Notes: generated by a model not told the origin, from the letters alone. Numbered from the stretch's first letter, positions 29,101-39,854 are shown. The stretch is DNA of 64,000 nucleotides from an uncultured candidate division Zixibacteria bacterium (GCA_963664195.1 OY760907.1:1-64000); one strand, 5' to 3'. Numbers and translations are program-made.

Positions 29101-30045
29101 ATGATGATGCCATTCAACTTCGCAGCAAGGAGACTCCTGGTTAAACTCGCAAGAGCACTTGACCCGAGAAGCATCTTCAAGATTATCGCCTACTATGCCG
29201 TGGGAGTGTACGAACGCATCGATCGGCATCACCTCTTCTTGCAGGCGAGCGGGTTGGCCTTTGCCCTGATTATCACGATCATTCCGCTGGTGCTGATTAT
29301 CTTTTCGCTGCTGGGTTCGTTTCTGGACCAACCCTCAATCGCTGCTCAGATCGAGGCCTTTATAGATCGGATGATCCCCTACGAAAACTACGCCGAGTAT
29401 ATCAAGGATCTGGTGATTACTCGCGTCAATGAGTTTACGCAATTCCGGACATCAGCCGGGTTCATCGGATTGTTCGGCGTTCTGTTCGCTGCCACCACGC
29501 TTTTCTCAAGCCTGCGAACGGTGCTCAACACGGTGTACCGGATTCAGTCGACCGAATCGATATTGCTCGGCAAGTTGCGAGATCTGTTGCTCATCCTGCT
29601 GGTGATCGTTTTTGTCTTGATGGCAACGACCATTCTACCGGGCATCCATGTGCTCACGGAGTTGGCGGATCATATTCCATTCATGGCAGATATGCAGAGG
29701 ACCTTCCTGACGGAAACAATGGTCAAATCAACCTCGCTGTTGCTGATTTTCTTCAGCTTCTTCATCGTGTACCTGGCGGTACCTCACCAGCGGCAGCCGC
29801 GGCGGGTGATTCTGGTTAGTACCATTGCAGCGGCGATTCTGTGGTACGTTGCCAAGGAAGCGTTCGGGTTCTACATCGTCCACTTCATCACGCTCCGCAA
29901 AATCTACGGCGCCTATTCACTGCTGATTGTGGTGGCGTTCTGGATTTACTACACGGCCATTGTGTTCATTGTCGGAGCCGAAATCGGTCAATTGTACGGA
30001 GAACGTCGCAGACAACTTCTGGCCGACGGCGCCCCTGTCTCCTAG
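29101..30045 (+). CDS. YihY/virulence factor BrkB family inner-membrane protein
   Basis: ASGLAF...IIPL, LN.VY, IYGA...I...WIYY...GAE. Exact start uncertain. Confidence 0.9.
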   Translation: MMMPFNFAARRLLVKLARALDPRSIFKIIAYYAVGVYERIDRHHLFLQASGLAFALIITIIPLVLIIFSLLGSFLDQPSIAAQIEAFIDRMIPYENYAEYIKDLVITRVNEFTQFRTSAGFIGLFGVLFAATTLFSSLRTVLNTVYRIQSTESILLGKLRDLLLILLVIVFVLMATTILPGIHVLTELADHIPFMADMQRTFLTETMVKSTSLLLIFFSFFIVYLAVPHQRQPRRVILVSTIAAAILWYVAKEAFGFYIVHFITLRKIYGAYSLLIVVAFWIYYTAIVFIVGAEIGQLYGERRRQLLADGAPVS

Positions 30046-30062
30046 AATATCCGCACCAAGTG

Positions 30063-30701
30063 CTACGACTCGCTGCCTCTTCGAATAGCAGATAACATCG
30101 ACTTGAACATCGAGTTCATCTCGCGGGCTGTTGTCTCAGGACCGGTCAGCTTGAAAAACACGTTTCCCTCGGGGGCCTCAAGAACCACCGCGGACATGAA
30201 GTAGTTTTCTTTCGGCGTGGATTTGCCACCCATCATCGCCCCGCCCATTGAGGCGCCATAGGTGCCGGACAATTCAACGAGATGCGCCGGCATACCGTCA
30301 ATCGTGAAGTCTTTCCTGACTGCCCTGGAATCCGGGTCTCCCCCATCCTCAAGCGACATCTGACCAACCCAGCGATCAATATTGGCCGTAACCGCTCCGC
30401 CGGAACTCTGTCCAAAATAGAACACTGCCACGGACGCGGAATCTGTTTCCTCGCCGACGGGACCATAGATATAGTCCGCCTTGCGCATCTGGCTCGGACC
30501 GAGATCGGTCCATGTTGTCGGTGGAACGAATGTTACCCCAGCCAGCGTAACGGGTGTACCGCCAAGATCAATGTCTGTGGCGACAGTCAGCTCAGAAACA
30601 TCGGAATCGGTTTCCCTGGCGGAATCCGCCTTATCATCGGACGAACATCCGAACGTCAGAAGGCCGGCAAATACGAATATCAAGAGCAATTTGTAATACA
30701 C
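30063..30701 (-). CDS. Hypothetical lipoprotein
   Basis: GGAGG RBS, GTG start, lipobox LTFGC, and conserved-looking GG.V.ANIDRW.GQ and FFKLTGP. Confidence 0.75.
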   Translation of the reverse strand: MYYKLLLIFVFAGLLTFGCSSDDKADSARETDSDVSELTVATDIDLGGTPVTLAGVTFVPPTTWTDLGPSQMRKADYIYGPVGEETDSASVAVFYFGQSSGGAVTANIDRWVGQMSLEDGGDPDSRAVRKDFTIDGMPAHLVELSGTYGASMGGAMMGGKSTPKENYFMSAVVLEAPEGNVFFKLTGPETTAREMNSMFKSMLSAIRRGSES

Positions 30702-30784
30702 TTTTCCTCCTTGTGTTGCAGACAAGAACACGCCAAATCAACCGTTGTTCCGTTTGGGAGGTAAGGCGACCAGAAACGTGCCGG

Positions 30785-31360
30785 TCAGGGTTTCTTGCTA
30801 TAGACAGCCTTCATAGTCGTATGCCAGGTTCGTCCCTGATCCCGAGACGTCTTCATTTTCCAGTTGAACGTTGTGTCGGTGATATCCGAGATGACTATGC
30901 GACTTAGAAACTCCTCGCCGTTCCACATATCCGTGCCGGTCAGCTTGATCTTTCCCTTTTTCTCGTAGCCGTCATAATACTTCACCCGACTCGAAGCATT
31001 GTCAACCCACACAAGCTGCCATCTGTCCGTCTGCCGATTAAACGTCTGGACCATAAACCCCATGAAGGGGGTATTAATCATCTCAGAGGCGTACTCCATT
31101 TTGAACGCACAGCCCCCCAGGATGTATTCGTAGCTGCAAGTGGCGGCATAGTCCGTCCACTCTTCACAATCGGCGCCGACACTTGTTTGCCCCTTGATAT
31201 CCCAGTCCCCGACCAGAAACGCCTTCTCCTTGATCGGCTCAGGTGCGCCCGGGTCTGGCGGAGGCTCTTTGCCGACCTCCGGATTGTCTCCGGCCATGCC
31301 GGTGATGAACAATGCGCATACTCCCAGTAAAACCCCCAAAACGACACATAGATATTTCAT
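30785..31360 (-). CDS. DUF1579-like secreted beta-barrel protein
   Basis: Signal peptide after GGAGA. FLVGDW, ILGG, W..VWVDN and S.D.G.TW. Confidence 0.7.
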   Translation of the reverse strand: MKYLCVVLGVLLGVCALFITGMAGDNPEVGKEPPPDPGAPEPIKEKAFLVGDWDIKGQTSVGADCEEWTDYAATCSYEYILGGCAFKMEYASEMINTPFMGFMVQTFNRQTDRWQLVWVDNASSRVKYYDGYEKKGKIKLTGTDMWNGEEFLSRIVISDITDTTFNWKMKTSRDQGRTWHTTMKAVYSKKP

Positions 31361-31541
31361 CGCAATCTCCGTGGAAACATATACCGTCGGGGATTCTCCA
31401 CCGACGTGACTCGACGACCTGTTGATTTGCGCCCCTTTGGAAGGGCCTATACTAGACCGTCTGGCCTTGCGAGGCAAGAAAAAAAGGATCAGGCAAACCT
31501 TTTTTTTGCCGTCGATCATTCGGAGACTGCGAAAGACGGGA

Positions 31542-31964
31542 TCAGCCGCAGTAGATGCGCACAACCTCTTTGGTGTCATCGACGTCGATACTGGTCTCGG
31601 TCAGCGCCTCTACAAAGGCATCAATAGTCTCTGAATCCATTTTGTTCAGGTCAATATCAATCCCCTTCTCTTTTAGGGCGCCGCTGATCTTGCTCTGCGT
31701 GCCGTTTGGCATCATGGCTCCAAGCTTGGCACCGGCCTTCACCAGCAACAACGGGATTTTGATGTTCACCCGGTCCTTGCCCGGAATCTTCGGCTCCACA
31801 AGCACGCAAAGGTATTTGGGCTTGGCCTTCGGCCCACCAGAGGTGTCGCCCGCAGCCGCCTGGCCACCGGTATCGCCCAGCGCGTCCAGGAGCCGCTCGG
31901 TTTCCTCGGCTGTAATCTTGCCAGTAGCCAGCATGTCCAGTATTCTGCGACGTTCTTCACTCAT
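31542..31964 (-). CDS. SHOCT-like domain protein (YvlB/LiaX N-terminal type)
   Basis: MSEERRRILDMLATGKITAEETERLLDAL and VNIKIPL.LV. Confidence 0.8.
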   Translation of the reverse strand: MSEERRRILDMLATGKITAEETERLLDALGDTGGQAAAGDTSGGPKAKPKYLCVLVEPKIPGKDRVNIKIPLLLVKAGAKLGAMMPNGTQSKISGALKEKGIDIDLNKMDSETIDAFVEALTETSIDVDDTKEVVRIYCG

Positions 31965-31965
31965 A

Positions 31966-32337
31966 TCACCGCTCCTTTTTCTTGAGTTTCTCAATTGCTT
32001 CGTCCACCGATATCTCCCCGCGTTCGATCAGAGCCAGCACATCGGCCTCAATCGGCGCTGATTCGATCTCCACAAAGTCAAGTTGCCCGCCGAGCCGGTT
32101 CAGACGGTTCTTGATTGTTGGATAGCTGACCCCGAAAAACTGCTCCATCTGCTTGATTGACCCGTGGGAGCGGACAAACGCCGCCACAAAAACCTGGTCC
32201 TCGGCAGAAAGGCGGGCCAACGGCGGCAACTCGAAATCACCCTCAATAGTAATCCCGGTTTTCTCCAACCGTACGCGCTCGACCCGAATCGCCCTGCTAC
32301 CCGTCAATTCAGTCAGTTTGTGCCATTCCTGAGCCAT
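31966..32337 (-). CDS. DUF2089 family protein (HTH plus SHOCT-like C-terminus)
   Basis: IEGDF..P.LARL..EDQ.F..F..S.GSIK.ME..GVSYPT.KNRL and L..IERGEISVDEA. Confidence 0.85.
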   Translation of the reverse strand: MAQEWHKLTELTGSRAIRVERVRLEKTGITIEGDFELPPLARLSAEDQVFVAAFVRSHGSIKQMEQFFGVSYPTIKNRLNRLGGQLDFVEIESAPIEADVLALIERGEISVDEAIEKLKKKER

Positions 32338-32441
32338 CACATCTCCTCAGATATCGTTATTCTTCTTAACTATACGCACAATAATACAGAATGTTCATCT
32401 GAATATTAAGTTTTTTAATCTTTCAGGGATAGATGTAAAAC

Positions 32442-32473
32442 AAAACCGCCCCGGGAGGTTCTCCGGGACGGTT
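32442..32473 (-). terminator. Terminator of the sod gene
   Basis: AACCGCCCCGG...CCGGGACGGTT stem with T-tract on the minus strand. Confidence 0.7.
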
Positions 32474-32507
32474 CTGCCATTGGATCAGGAAAGAGGTAAG
32501 CTGAGGA

Positions 32508-33113
32508 TTACTTTTTCGCTGCGAGATAGTATTCGCTAACCTTCTCCCAGTTGATGACATTAAAAAAGGCGTCGACATACTCCGGGCGACGGTTTTGGTA
32601 TTTGAGATAGTAAGCATGTTCCCAGACATCGAGCGCGAGAAGCGGGAATCGGCCGCTACTGAGCGGGGAATCCTGATTGGCGGTTCCCATAATGTCCAGC
32701 TCGCCGTTATTCATGACCAGCCAGGCCCATCCGGAGCCAAACTGACCGGTTGCGGCGGCGCTGAACTTTGCCTTGAACTGCTCGAGGCCGCCAAATCTGG
32801 CGCTAATCGCGTCAGCAGCCGGACCGGCAAACTTGATGTCCTTCTTGAGCAGAGTCCAAAACAGCTTGTGGTTGATGAAACCGCCACCATGATTGCGAAC
32901 GGCGTTACGAATGCCTTCCGGCACCTTGCTCAGGTCGGAAATCAGCTTCTCGGCCGTGAGCGCCTGAAGGTCGGCGTGGCCGTCGAGGGCCTCGTTGAAC
33001 TTGTTGGTATATGCCTGATGATGCTTGGAGTGATGGATTTCCATGGTTTTGGCATCGATAAAAGGCTCCAGGGCATCGTAGGAGTATCCGAGTTCCGGTA
33101 GTGAGTGTGACAT
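32508..33113 (-). CDS. sodA: Superoxide dismutase, Mn-type signature
   Basis: LPELGYSYDALEP, HHSKHH, NHGGG..NH, FGSGWAWL, NQD and DVWEHAYY. Confidence 0.95.
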   Translation of the reverse strand: MSHSLPELGYSYDALEPFIDAKTMEIHHSKHHQAYTNKFNEALDGHADLQALTAEKLISDLSKVPEGIRNAVRNHGGGFINHKLFWTLLKKDIKFAGPAADAISARFGGLEQFKAKFSAAATGQFGSGWAWLVMNNGELDIMGTANQDSPLSSGRFPLLALDVWEHAYYLKYQNRRPEYVDAFFNVINWEKVSEYYLAAKK

Positions 33114-33327
33114 CTATTCGTTTCCTTCTGACTTATCAGTGTAATCCACGTCGTCTTATTACCCTTCTTAATGCCTCGAGGGGTCGAAAGGTTCCAACTA
33201 TCTTGGACCCAATAAGGCCATATTGCCAGAAGACCGCAATCTCCCCTATCGAGAACCGTTGCAGGTCGAAGTTTGCACTTGGCGACGCATCCTGAGTCCC
33301 TATATTGCCCACCAGACAGGAAGGACT

Positions 33328-34464
33328 ATGGCTCACAATACAAACAAACCGTGCCGCATCGCTTCATACTGTACGTCCGTGGCCTGGGGCGGGCTTGAAA
33401 TGAACGTGCTCCGCTTTCTCAAATGGATGCGACAACGCGGATGGGACACGCATCTGTTCACGCGACCGGATGCCCGCATGTTCGAGCAGGCCCCGAAATG
33501 GGGCGTCGACGCGACAGTCGTCAATTCCCGCATGAAGACCGGTGATCTCGTCAACGCCTGGCGTTTGTCACTGCTGTTGAAACGAAATCGGATCGACCGA
33601 CTTATCATCCATCAGAGCAGAGATATGTTTGTAGGCGTGTTTGCGAAGAAATTCTCCGGCGGGCGCGTCACACTCATCTACTCGCAGCACATGCACATCG
33701 GCGGCGACAAAAAAGACGCCTTCCACTCCTGGCTGTACAAGCATTTTGACGCCTGGGTCACCCCCGTCCAATGGCTGGCCGACCGTGTGCTCGAAAAAAC
33801 GACTCTCAACCCAAATCTGATCCATATCATCCCGCGCGGCATCGAGATGGACGACTTCACGGTAAATAAACCGACGCGCAACGAGGCGCGCAAACGTCTC
33901 GATCTGCCGGAGGATGCCTTTGTAATCGGAATTGTGGGACGGCTCGATCCAAAGAAGTGTCAGGATGTAGTTATCAAGGCACTGGCTCGAGTTATCGAGG
34001 CCGGACACGATGTCCATCTGGTTCTGGTCGGCGCACGGACGGTCAACGAGGGCGACGACTACGCGGCCTCCGTTCACAAGTTAGTGCCGGAGTTGGGGTT
34101 GTCAGATCGAGTGCATTTCCGTGGTCACGATCCCGAGGTCCAGTACGCATACGCGGCTTTGGATATCTTTGTGCTGGCCTCGCAGTCGGAGTGCTACGGC
34201 ATGGTGACGATTGAGGCGATGTCGTCCGGGTTGCCGGTGATTGGGACCAACGACGGCGGCACGGTCAGTTTGATCACTCCCGAGAAGACAGGGTTGCTGG
34301 TAACGCCGAAGGATGTCGATGAATTGACGGCCGCCCTGATTCGTTTTGTTGAAGAGCCGGAGTTCACCCGAACTCTTGCGCACAACGCAGGCGAGGAAGC
34401 GAAAACTCGATTCTCGCACCTCAGTCAGTGTGAGGCGTGGGAGCGGTTGCTGCCGGAGTTGTAG
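33328..34464 (+). CDS. Glycosyltransferase family 4
   Basis: WGGLE, VGRLDPKKCQ and ECYGMVTIEAM (E-x7-E). Confidence 0.92.
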   Translation: MAHNTNKPCRIASYCTSVAWGGLEMNVLRFLKWMRQRGWDTHLFTRPDARMFEQAPKWGVDATVVNSRMKTGDLVNAWRLSLLLKRNRIDRLIIHQSRDMFVGVFAKKFSGGRVTLIYSQHMHIGGDKKDAFHSWLYKHFDAWVTPVQWLADRVLEKTTLNPNLIHIIPRGIEMDDFTVNKPTRNEARKRLDLPEDAFVIGIVGRLDPKKCQDVVIKALARVIEAGHDVHLVLVGARTVNEGDDYAASVHKLVPELGLSDRVHFRGHDPEVQYAYAALDIFVLASQSECYGMVTIEAMSSGLPVIGTNDGGTVSLITPEKTGLLVTPKDVDELTAALIRFVEEPEFTRTLAHNAGEEAKTRFSHLSQCEAWERLLPEL

Positions 34465-34531
34465 GGCGCATCGGTCCGGACCGGATGTCAAAGCCGCAGG
34501 GATTTCGCCCCGCAAACCAGAGCACATCCCC

Positions 34532-36055
34532 CTACGGGCACGGAGGCAGGGGAGTCAGGCTGATAAACAAATGATCGATCAACACCGTCAAATCGGCCAT
34601 CGTGGCAAGGCCGTCCGCGCTCATATCCGTATTGCCCTCTGCAGGACACGGCAGCGGCGCAAAACCGATAAACAAATGATCGATTAGCACCACCAAATCC
34701 CCCATCGTCACCAGATTATCTGATGACTGATCGACATTCCCGACCACACCAACACAACAGCAAGCATCGCCGATTCCATCACCGTCCGAATCCACCTGAT
34801 CGGCATTGGCCACGGACAAGCAGTTGTCAAACAGATTGATCACCCCGTCTCCGTCCGTGTCGCCACCTTGATAGAAAAGCTGGCTCATCACCGAACGGGT
34901 ACCTGTGTATGATTCACTATTCGTCAGGCAAATCGCCCCGGACCGATCTGCCGCACACCAGGCATGGTCGGTATTCACGCCCTGATCTGCGCCTCCGTGA
35001 CGCCAGTAGGCTCGCCCGCTGGAATTCGAGGCATACCAGGCCAGCGCCTGACCGGAATGTACCGATGGGTACTGCACGGTTGTCAGTGTATCAATCGTTG
35101 CGGCGTCGAGCACACGTACTCCCCCGGCCTGACCGTGCTCGGTGCACACTATCAGATGTTGGGCTAGATCGTGGACGTTTGACCGCAGCGCCCCGGCCGG
35201 ATAGTCGGCGTAACCAAAATGCCCGTATGGAATGTATGAGTAGCCCGTCGAGCGATACGGCATCGCAACATTGTTCGTATCCAGCCCTGCCAGAAACCAC
35301 GACGTGTGGTTCATCCCCAGCGGAGTGAACAGCGAGTCGTTGCAATACTGGTCGAAGGGAATGCCGGTGATTGCCTGCACGAGATACCCGACCAACACAA
35401 ACCCGTGGTTGCAGTAATCCCATCGCGTCGCAGGTGCCCAGAGATTGAAGTTTTTCGCCGAATCGTAGTACACGCCTCCGGGGACGAAGTAATCCGCCAC
35501 GTACTCCTCGAGTGGAATCGGTGTATCTCCCTCACAATAGGTCGATGACATGACGTCCCAATTGTCGTTTAAGCTCGAGGTATGCGCAAGAATCTGACGA
35601 AAGGTAATTGCTGAGCCGGGGAAATTCGGATTGATGATGTCAATCGGCAGGTAGTCACTGATATTATCGTCCAGCGCAAACTCTCCCCTCTCCCACAACT
35701 GCATCAGCGCCGCGGTGCCAACAGTTTTCGAGATCGAGGCCAGCATGAACATGGTTGAGTCGTTGACAGGGATGTTGCGTTCGATATTGGCCAGTCCGTA
35801 GGAGCCGGTCCACACCAGTTCGCCGTTCTTGATTATCCCGGCGGCAAGACCGGGGATATTGTAAGTCTCCATGCGACGAATAATGGCAGAATCCAGAAGT
35901 TGAAGGTTCGGATTCTCGCCGTCGGGAATAAGAAACCCCGATGACCCGACAGAAAGACTGTCGGCTTCGATGGGCCGAACGGCGGTGTCTTCTCCGGCAA
36001 ACGAAACACTTATGGCACAGAAAATGCAAATCGTCGAATACCAGAGGGATTTCAT
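34532..36055 (-). CDS. Secreted serine hydrolase (beta-lactamase class C/S12-like) with TSP3-like repeat and dockerin-like tail
   Basis: ASISKT (SxxK), LAHTSSL, YCN, HGG, DTDGDGV..DNC..NADQ.DSDGDGIGDAC and a dockerin-like tail. Confidence 0.88.
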   Translation of the reverse strand: MKSLWYSTICIFCAISVSFAGEDTAVRPIEADSLSVGSSGFLIPDGENPNLQLLDSAIIRRMETYNIPGLAAGIIKNGELVWTGSYGLANIERNIPVNDSTMFMLASISKTVGTAALMQLWERGEFALDDNISDYLPIDIINPNFPGSAITFRQILAHTSSLNDNWDVMSSTYCEGDTPIPLEEYVADYFVPGGVYYDSAKNFNLWAPATRWDYCNHGFVLVGYLVQAITGIPFDQYCNDSLFTPLGMNHTSWFLAGLDTNNVAMPYRSTGYSYIPYGHFGYADYPAGALRSNVHDLAQHLIVCTEHGQAGGVRVLDAATIDTLTTVQYPSVHSGQALAWYASNSSGRAYWRHGGADQGVNTDHAWCAADRSGAICLTNSESYTGTRSVMSQLFYQGGDTDGDGVINLFDNCLSVANADQVDSDGDGIGDACCCVGVVGNVDQSSDNLVTMGDLVVLIDHLFIGFAPLPCPAEGNTDMSADGLATMADLTVLIDHLFISLTPLPPCP

Positions 36056-36085
36056 AATCGCCCTTTCAGATTGTGGCAAAACCAA

Positions 36086-36179
36086 GGGTGGCCCCTTCAA
36101 ACTTGTTTGGAGGGGTCTGCACTTCCCACCTGAGACGGGCGGGCTGCCGGATGACAAAACCGTAGGGGTTCTGACCTAC
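36086..36179. repeat. Two REP-like hairpins in an intergenic region
   Basis: GGGTGG-CCCCTTCAAAC-TT-GTTTGGAGGGG, and on the minus strand GTAG-GTCAGAACC-CCTAC-GGTTTTGTCA. Confidence 0.5.
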
Positions 36180-36199
36180 AAATAAAAGCTCATCCCCGT

Positions 36200-38515
36200 C
36201 TATGGACATGGTGGCAGCGGATTGAGGCTGATAAACAGCGCGTCGATCAGCACCGTCAAATCACCCATCGTCACAAGGCCATCAACACTCATATCGACAT
36301 TCCCCTCTGCAACGCACGTCAAAGGCGTCAGGCTGATAAACAAGTGGTCGATTAGCACGGTCAGATCTCCCATCGTCACCAGCATGTCAGCAGAGTTGTC
36401 GACATTGCCGACCGAGGGGCCCTGGCAGCAATTCAGTGAAACAAGCCCGTTGTTGGTCACTGGCTCGTACTCGCCGGCGTACGTGACAAACTGCGGGGCG
36501 AATTGATTGTAACTAATAATCCTCACCGAATCCTGATCCGCCCCGGGCGATATCGGCATGGTGAAAAACAGCGACACGATCGGCCCGTCTCCCGGTTCGA
36601 GCGGCGGCTGCGATCCGGAGTTTGAAGCAACAAGTCCCACCGCGGCCTTGTGGCCGAAGTAGTCGTAATTGGCCTGGGTTTGCTGCTCGAAATACTCCGT
36701 CCGAAGACCGGCGGTGGAGAACGAATCGTACTCGATTCCCATCGGGCCGGCCCAGGTAAACGGAATCATAATCTCATCCAGCGGCAGGTAGTTTCTTGCA
36801 TAGACGTCGATTTGCAGCGTTGATTCGGCCACCCCGATTGTGTTCAAGACCGTCATCGTATCGGCATACACTGCAATCATGTCTTTGCGCGATCTCGTGA
36901 ACTCCCCGGCCGGAAGATCAGCCGTCATGGAAACGGTGTAGCTGCCGGGTGTCAGAAAATCATGAGTCGGGTCCTGATCGCTCGATATGCCGCCGTCGCC
37001 AAAATCCCAATCCCAGACAGTCGCGTCGGTCGAGAGGTCGGTAAACCCTACAGAATGTGGCGCCGGACCGAGCACAATATCGGCGGAGAAATCGATGAAT
37101 GGCTTGTCGGTATTGGCATAGGCGGCATTGTCTGAGCCCCAGTCGGAAATCGCCAGATCGGCCCAATAGGAAAATCGATAGAATATCTGAATGTCAGTCG
37201 AGGGCGCCTCGCCGAGCGACACCCATCCGGAGATGAGATCGAAGCAGTAGTCTTCGTAGTCAAGCAGCGCTCCACCGACATACACAGAATCGATCTCGTA
37301 CAGCGGTGTACGCTCGGTATAGAACAGCTTACGGCTCCCGTCGCCGGCAATCGTGTCAACAAACGACTGAACGCCGTGGCCGGTGACGTCCACCCACGCC
37401 AGTTCCTCGGCGACGTGTGAAACGTTGCTCATCCATACCGGCGTGGACGTGAACGTGCTTCCGGTGTTTTCGTATACCAGTATCCGATGGAACCATCGCC
37501 CCGCAGCCAGGTCCTGATCGCCGTCGTCGTCGTAATCGTACAGGGCCAGCGCTGCGCCGTAGCCCCCATCGGCGGATTGCCAGCCGAAGTCGGAGTCGAG
37601 CGTCCCTGTACCGTCGTTGAAATAGACCGCGAACAGGCCGTTGCCGCCCGTCTGATCGTTGTAGGCGACGATCAGATCCAACCAACCGTCGCCGTTGACA
37701 TCGCCGAAAATCAGTGTATTGCCGGATTCAGATGTTGAGGCCTGCCATGACGGTGTCGTTTCCAGAGTGCCGTTGTTGTTGTAGTAAACGGAGGTTGCAC
37801 GGCCGCTGGAATACGTGAAGGCCATATCCAAATCACCGTCATTGTCGACATCACCGAACGTCACGTCCATACCCGTCGTAGCCGAGGATGACTGCCAGCC
37901 GGGGGTCGATGAAAAGCTGCCGCCCTCGTTAAAGTAGATGACATCGCGGGAGTAGATGCCGTTGTATCCCTCACCGGTGGCGAACGCGATATCCAGATCG
38001 CCGTCTCCGTCAACGTCGCCCAATGCATTCGAGAACGAGTATATCGAGTCCGGCGTGTACCAGTCCGGCGCGATCGACGGCAGGGGTCCGTCATTGTAGT
38101 ACAAGTCACTGAGGTTGGCATAATCCCAGTTGATACCGAGATAATTGGCCACGATAAAATCCGGGTAGCCGTCGTCGTCGATATCCCCCACTGCACAATG
38201 GCCGGAGTATTCTTCGTTAGTCGAGAACCATGATGCTGCGCCCGGCATCGTTCCGTGATCTGACAGATAGATCATGTTGGGCGACTGCGTAATATCGTTC
38301 CCGTTGGCAAAGAAGACATCAATGTAGCCATCACGGTTACAATCTCGCCAGATCATGCCGGTGGTGGTTACGTTGGTCTCAGAGGTCCCCCAGAACGAGC
38401 TTGTTTCGAGCGGAGGCGGACCGGCGAAGGGAGCAGCGGACAGAGTCAGAACCAGACAGAATGCGAACAACGTGCTGAACGACGGTCTTGATGTGAGCGG
38501 GCGAAGGTACACCAT
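36200..38515 (-). CDS. Secreted FG-GAP/VCBS repeat protein with PKD, cohesin-like and dockerin-like domains
   Basis: Repeated GD[IV]D.DG..D motifs, WDWDFGDG..S.DQDPTH.F..PGSYTV (PKD), and the shared cohesin-like cassette. Confidence 0.85.
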   Translation of the reverse strand: MVYLRPLTSRPSFSTLFAFCLVLTLSAAPFAGPPPLETSSFWGTSETNVTTTGMIWRDCNRDGYIDVFFANGNDITQSPNMIYLSDHGTMPGAASWFSTNEEYSGHCAVGDIDDDGYPDFIVANYLGINWDYANLSDLYYNDGPLPSIAPDWYTPDSIYSFSNALGDVDGDGDLDIAFATGEGYNGIYSRDVIYFNEGGSFSSTPGWQSSSATTGMDVTFGDVDNDGDLDMAFTYSSGRATSVYYNNNGTLETTPSWQASTSESGNTLIFGDVNGDGWLDLIVAYNDQTGGNGLFAVYFNDGTGTLDSDFGWQSADGGYGAALALYDYDDDGDQDLAAGRWFHRILVYENTGSTFTSTPVWMSNVSHVAEELAWVDVTGHGVQSFVDTIAGDGSRKLFYTERTPLYEIDSVYVGGALLDYEDYCFDLISGWVSLGEAPSTDIQIFYRFSYWADLAISDWGSDNAAYANTDKPFIDFSADIVLGPAPHSVGFTDLSTDATVWDWDFGDGGISSDQDPTHDFLTPGSYTVSMTADLPAGEFTRSRKDMIAVYADTMTVLNTIGVAESTLQIDVYARNYLPLDEIMIPFTWAGPMGIEYDSFSTAGLRTEYFEQQTQANYDYFGHKAAVGLVASNSGSQPPLEPGDGPIVSLFFTMPISPGADQDSVRIISYNQFAPQFVTYAGEYEPVTNNGLVSLNCCQGPSVGNVDNSADMLVTMGDLTVLIDHLFISLTPLTCVAEGNVDMSVDGLVTMGDLTVLIDALFISLNPLPPCP

Positions 38516-38726
38516 AGGTATCCCCTGGGGTTTGGAAGGGTGTCGCTACAGTACAGACGGACTCGCCGGGCAAACGTGTAACCGAAATCGGCGAGTGCAA
38601 GCAATCTCATTTGCGGGCCGGACGGTTCTCGCCGACAGGCTCGGGTTGAGATCGCAAAACGTAATGGTATTTCGGCCCGTGAGGGCGGGAAAGTACTGTC
38701 ACGACACGGTTTTAGTCGTTTAGGAT

Positions 38727-38755
38727 AAGATAAGCGGAGAGGGCGTTTGTGTCAA
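38727..38755 (-). promoter_or_regulatory. Sigma70-type promoter for the FG-GAP gene
   Basis: TTGACA-N17-TATCTT. Its -35 box supplies the TGA stop of the truncated upstream ORF. Confidence 0.6.
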
Positions 38756-39854
38756 ACGCCGGAGGGGGAATGGAGAAGGGCCGCCTCGGTTTGCCCCGTG
38801 TTCTTGTCGATGTAGTGGAGGTAGCCTTCATACTTGATCGTACCCTGTTGCGGGGTAAACCAAGGAGAGAAGGCGTTATTATTGATTTGCCAGCCGTCGT
38901 CAGGAACGCCGTCCTGCACAACTTCAGCCCCCACCCTGTGTTCCTCCGAATCTGACCATGTGTACGGGACATCCAGGATATACTGCGTTTCATTGTGCGA
39001 CAACCCGTCGAAGTGCTCTTCCCAGAAAAGCGTCATTCCCTTCTCTCGGTCGAAGTCGTACAAACTGACGGTGAAGCCTTCAGATGGCGTTATTGGCCCG
39101 AAGTTCACGACCGCGACATCTATATAGGCCTCCTGCCCCTTGGTGATGACGTCCTGGTTCTGCGTGTGTTCATCCTTGGACACCACGACATATCCAGGCC
39201 AGTCGGGTGGAACACAGAAGCCCAAATCGGCGGACGTAGGAGATACTTGTGGTGACGTCGTCCCACGCTGATTCGAGATACCGGGGATTAGTACTACCTT
39301 GGTCGTAGGCCCGGTCACCGTGTCGCGCGGCAACTTTCTGCGAGGCGGTAGCTTCTGCGCGGCTTAGGCTCGTGTGGCAGAGGCGGGCGGTACATCTTCT
39401 GAGGACGACCCCGCCAGTACTCAATGCTGTCCTCGGTATTGACGAAGTAGTAGGGACAGTCCAGCCACCAGTCGCCGCAAGAAACTCGAACTACAATGGA
39501 ACTCGTATCATTGGGTGGAATCCGCAGATCAAGCGTCTTGGTGAACGTTGGTCGCTTCTCCTTCTCAATAAAGAACGGCTGGATAGTTTCGGGGAAGCTG
39601 ACTTCCTCGCTCCATGACTCGACCCCGTCATACTCGACCCCTTCTCCCGGCATGACGGTGGCAGCAACATGCGAACACCTGATGAACGCTACCTCCATGA
39701 CGAAATCGACCGTGACGGAGCCATCCACTTCGTCATAGGACCTGGGAATGTACTTGTAGTGCACTCGGTGAGATGCCTCAATCGACCCTGGTACTGCAAC
39801 CAGCGCCACCAAAACCCAGGGCAACGCGAATGCGGCTCGGAACAGATACTTCAT
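38752..39854 (-). pseudogene. Frameshifted, 3'-truncated paralog of the 10720-13166 metalloprotease
   Basis: Same MKYLFR.AF start and N-domain. 1-bp deletion at 39353-39354. Homology ends after KYEGYLHYIDKN, with no HExxH or dockerin. Confidence 0.85.
38858..39393. repeat. 537-bp near-exact repeat, copy 2 (536 bp)
   Basis: Matches 12166-12702 except for one missing T. Confidence 0.9.
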
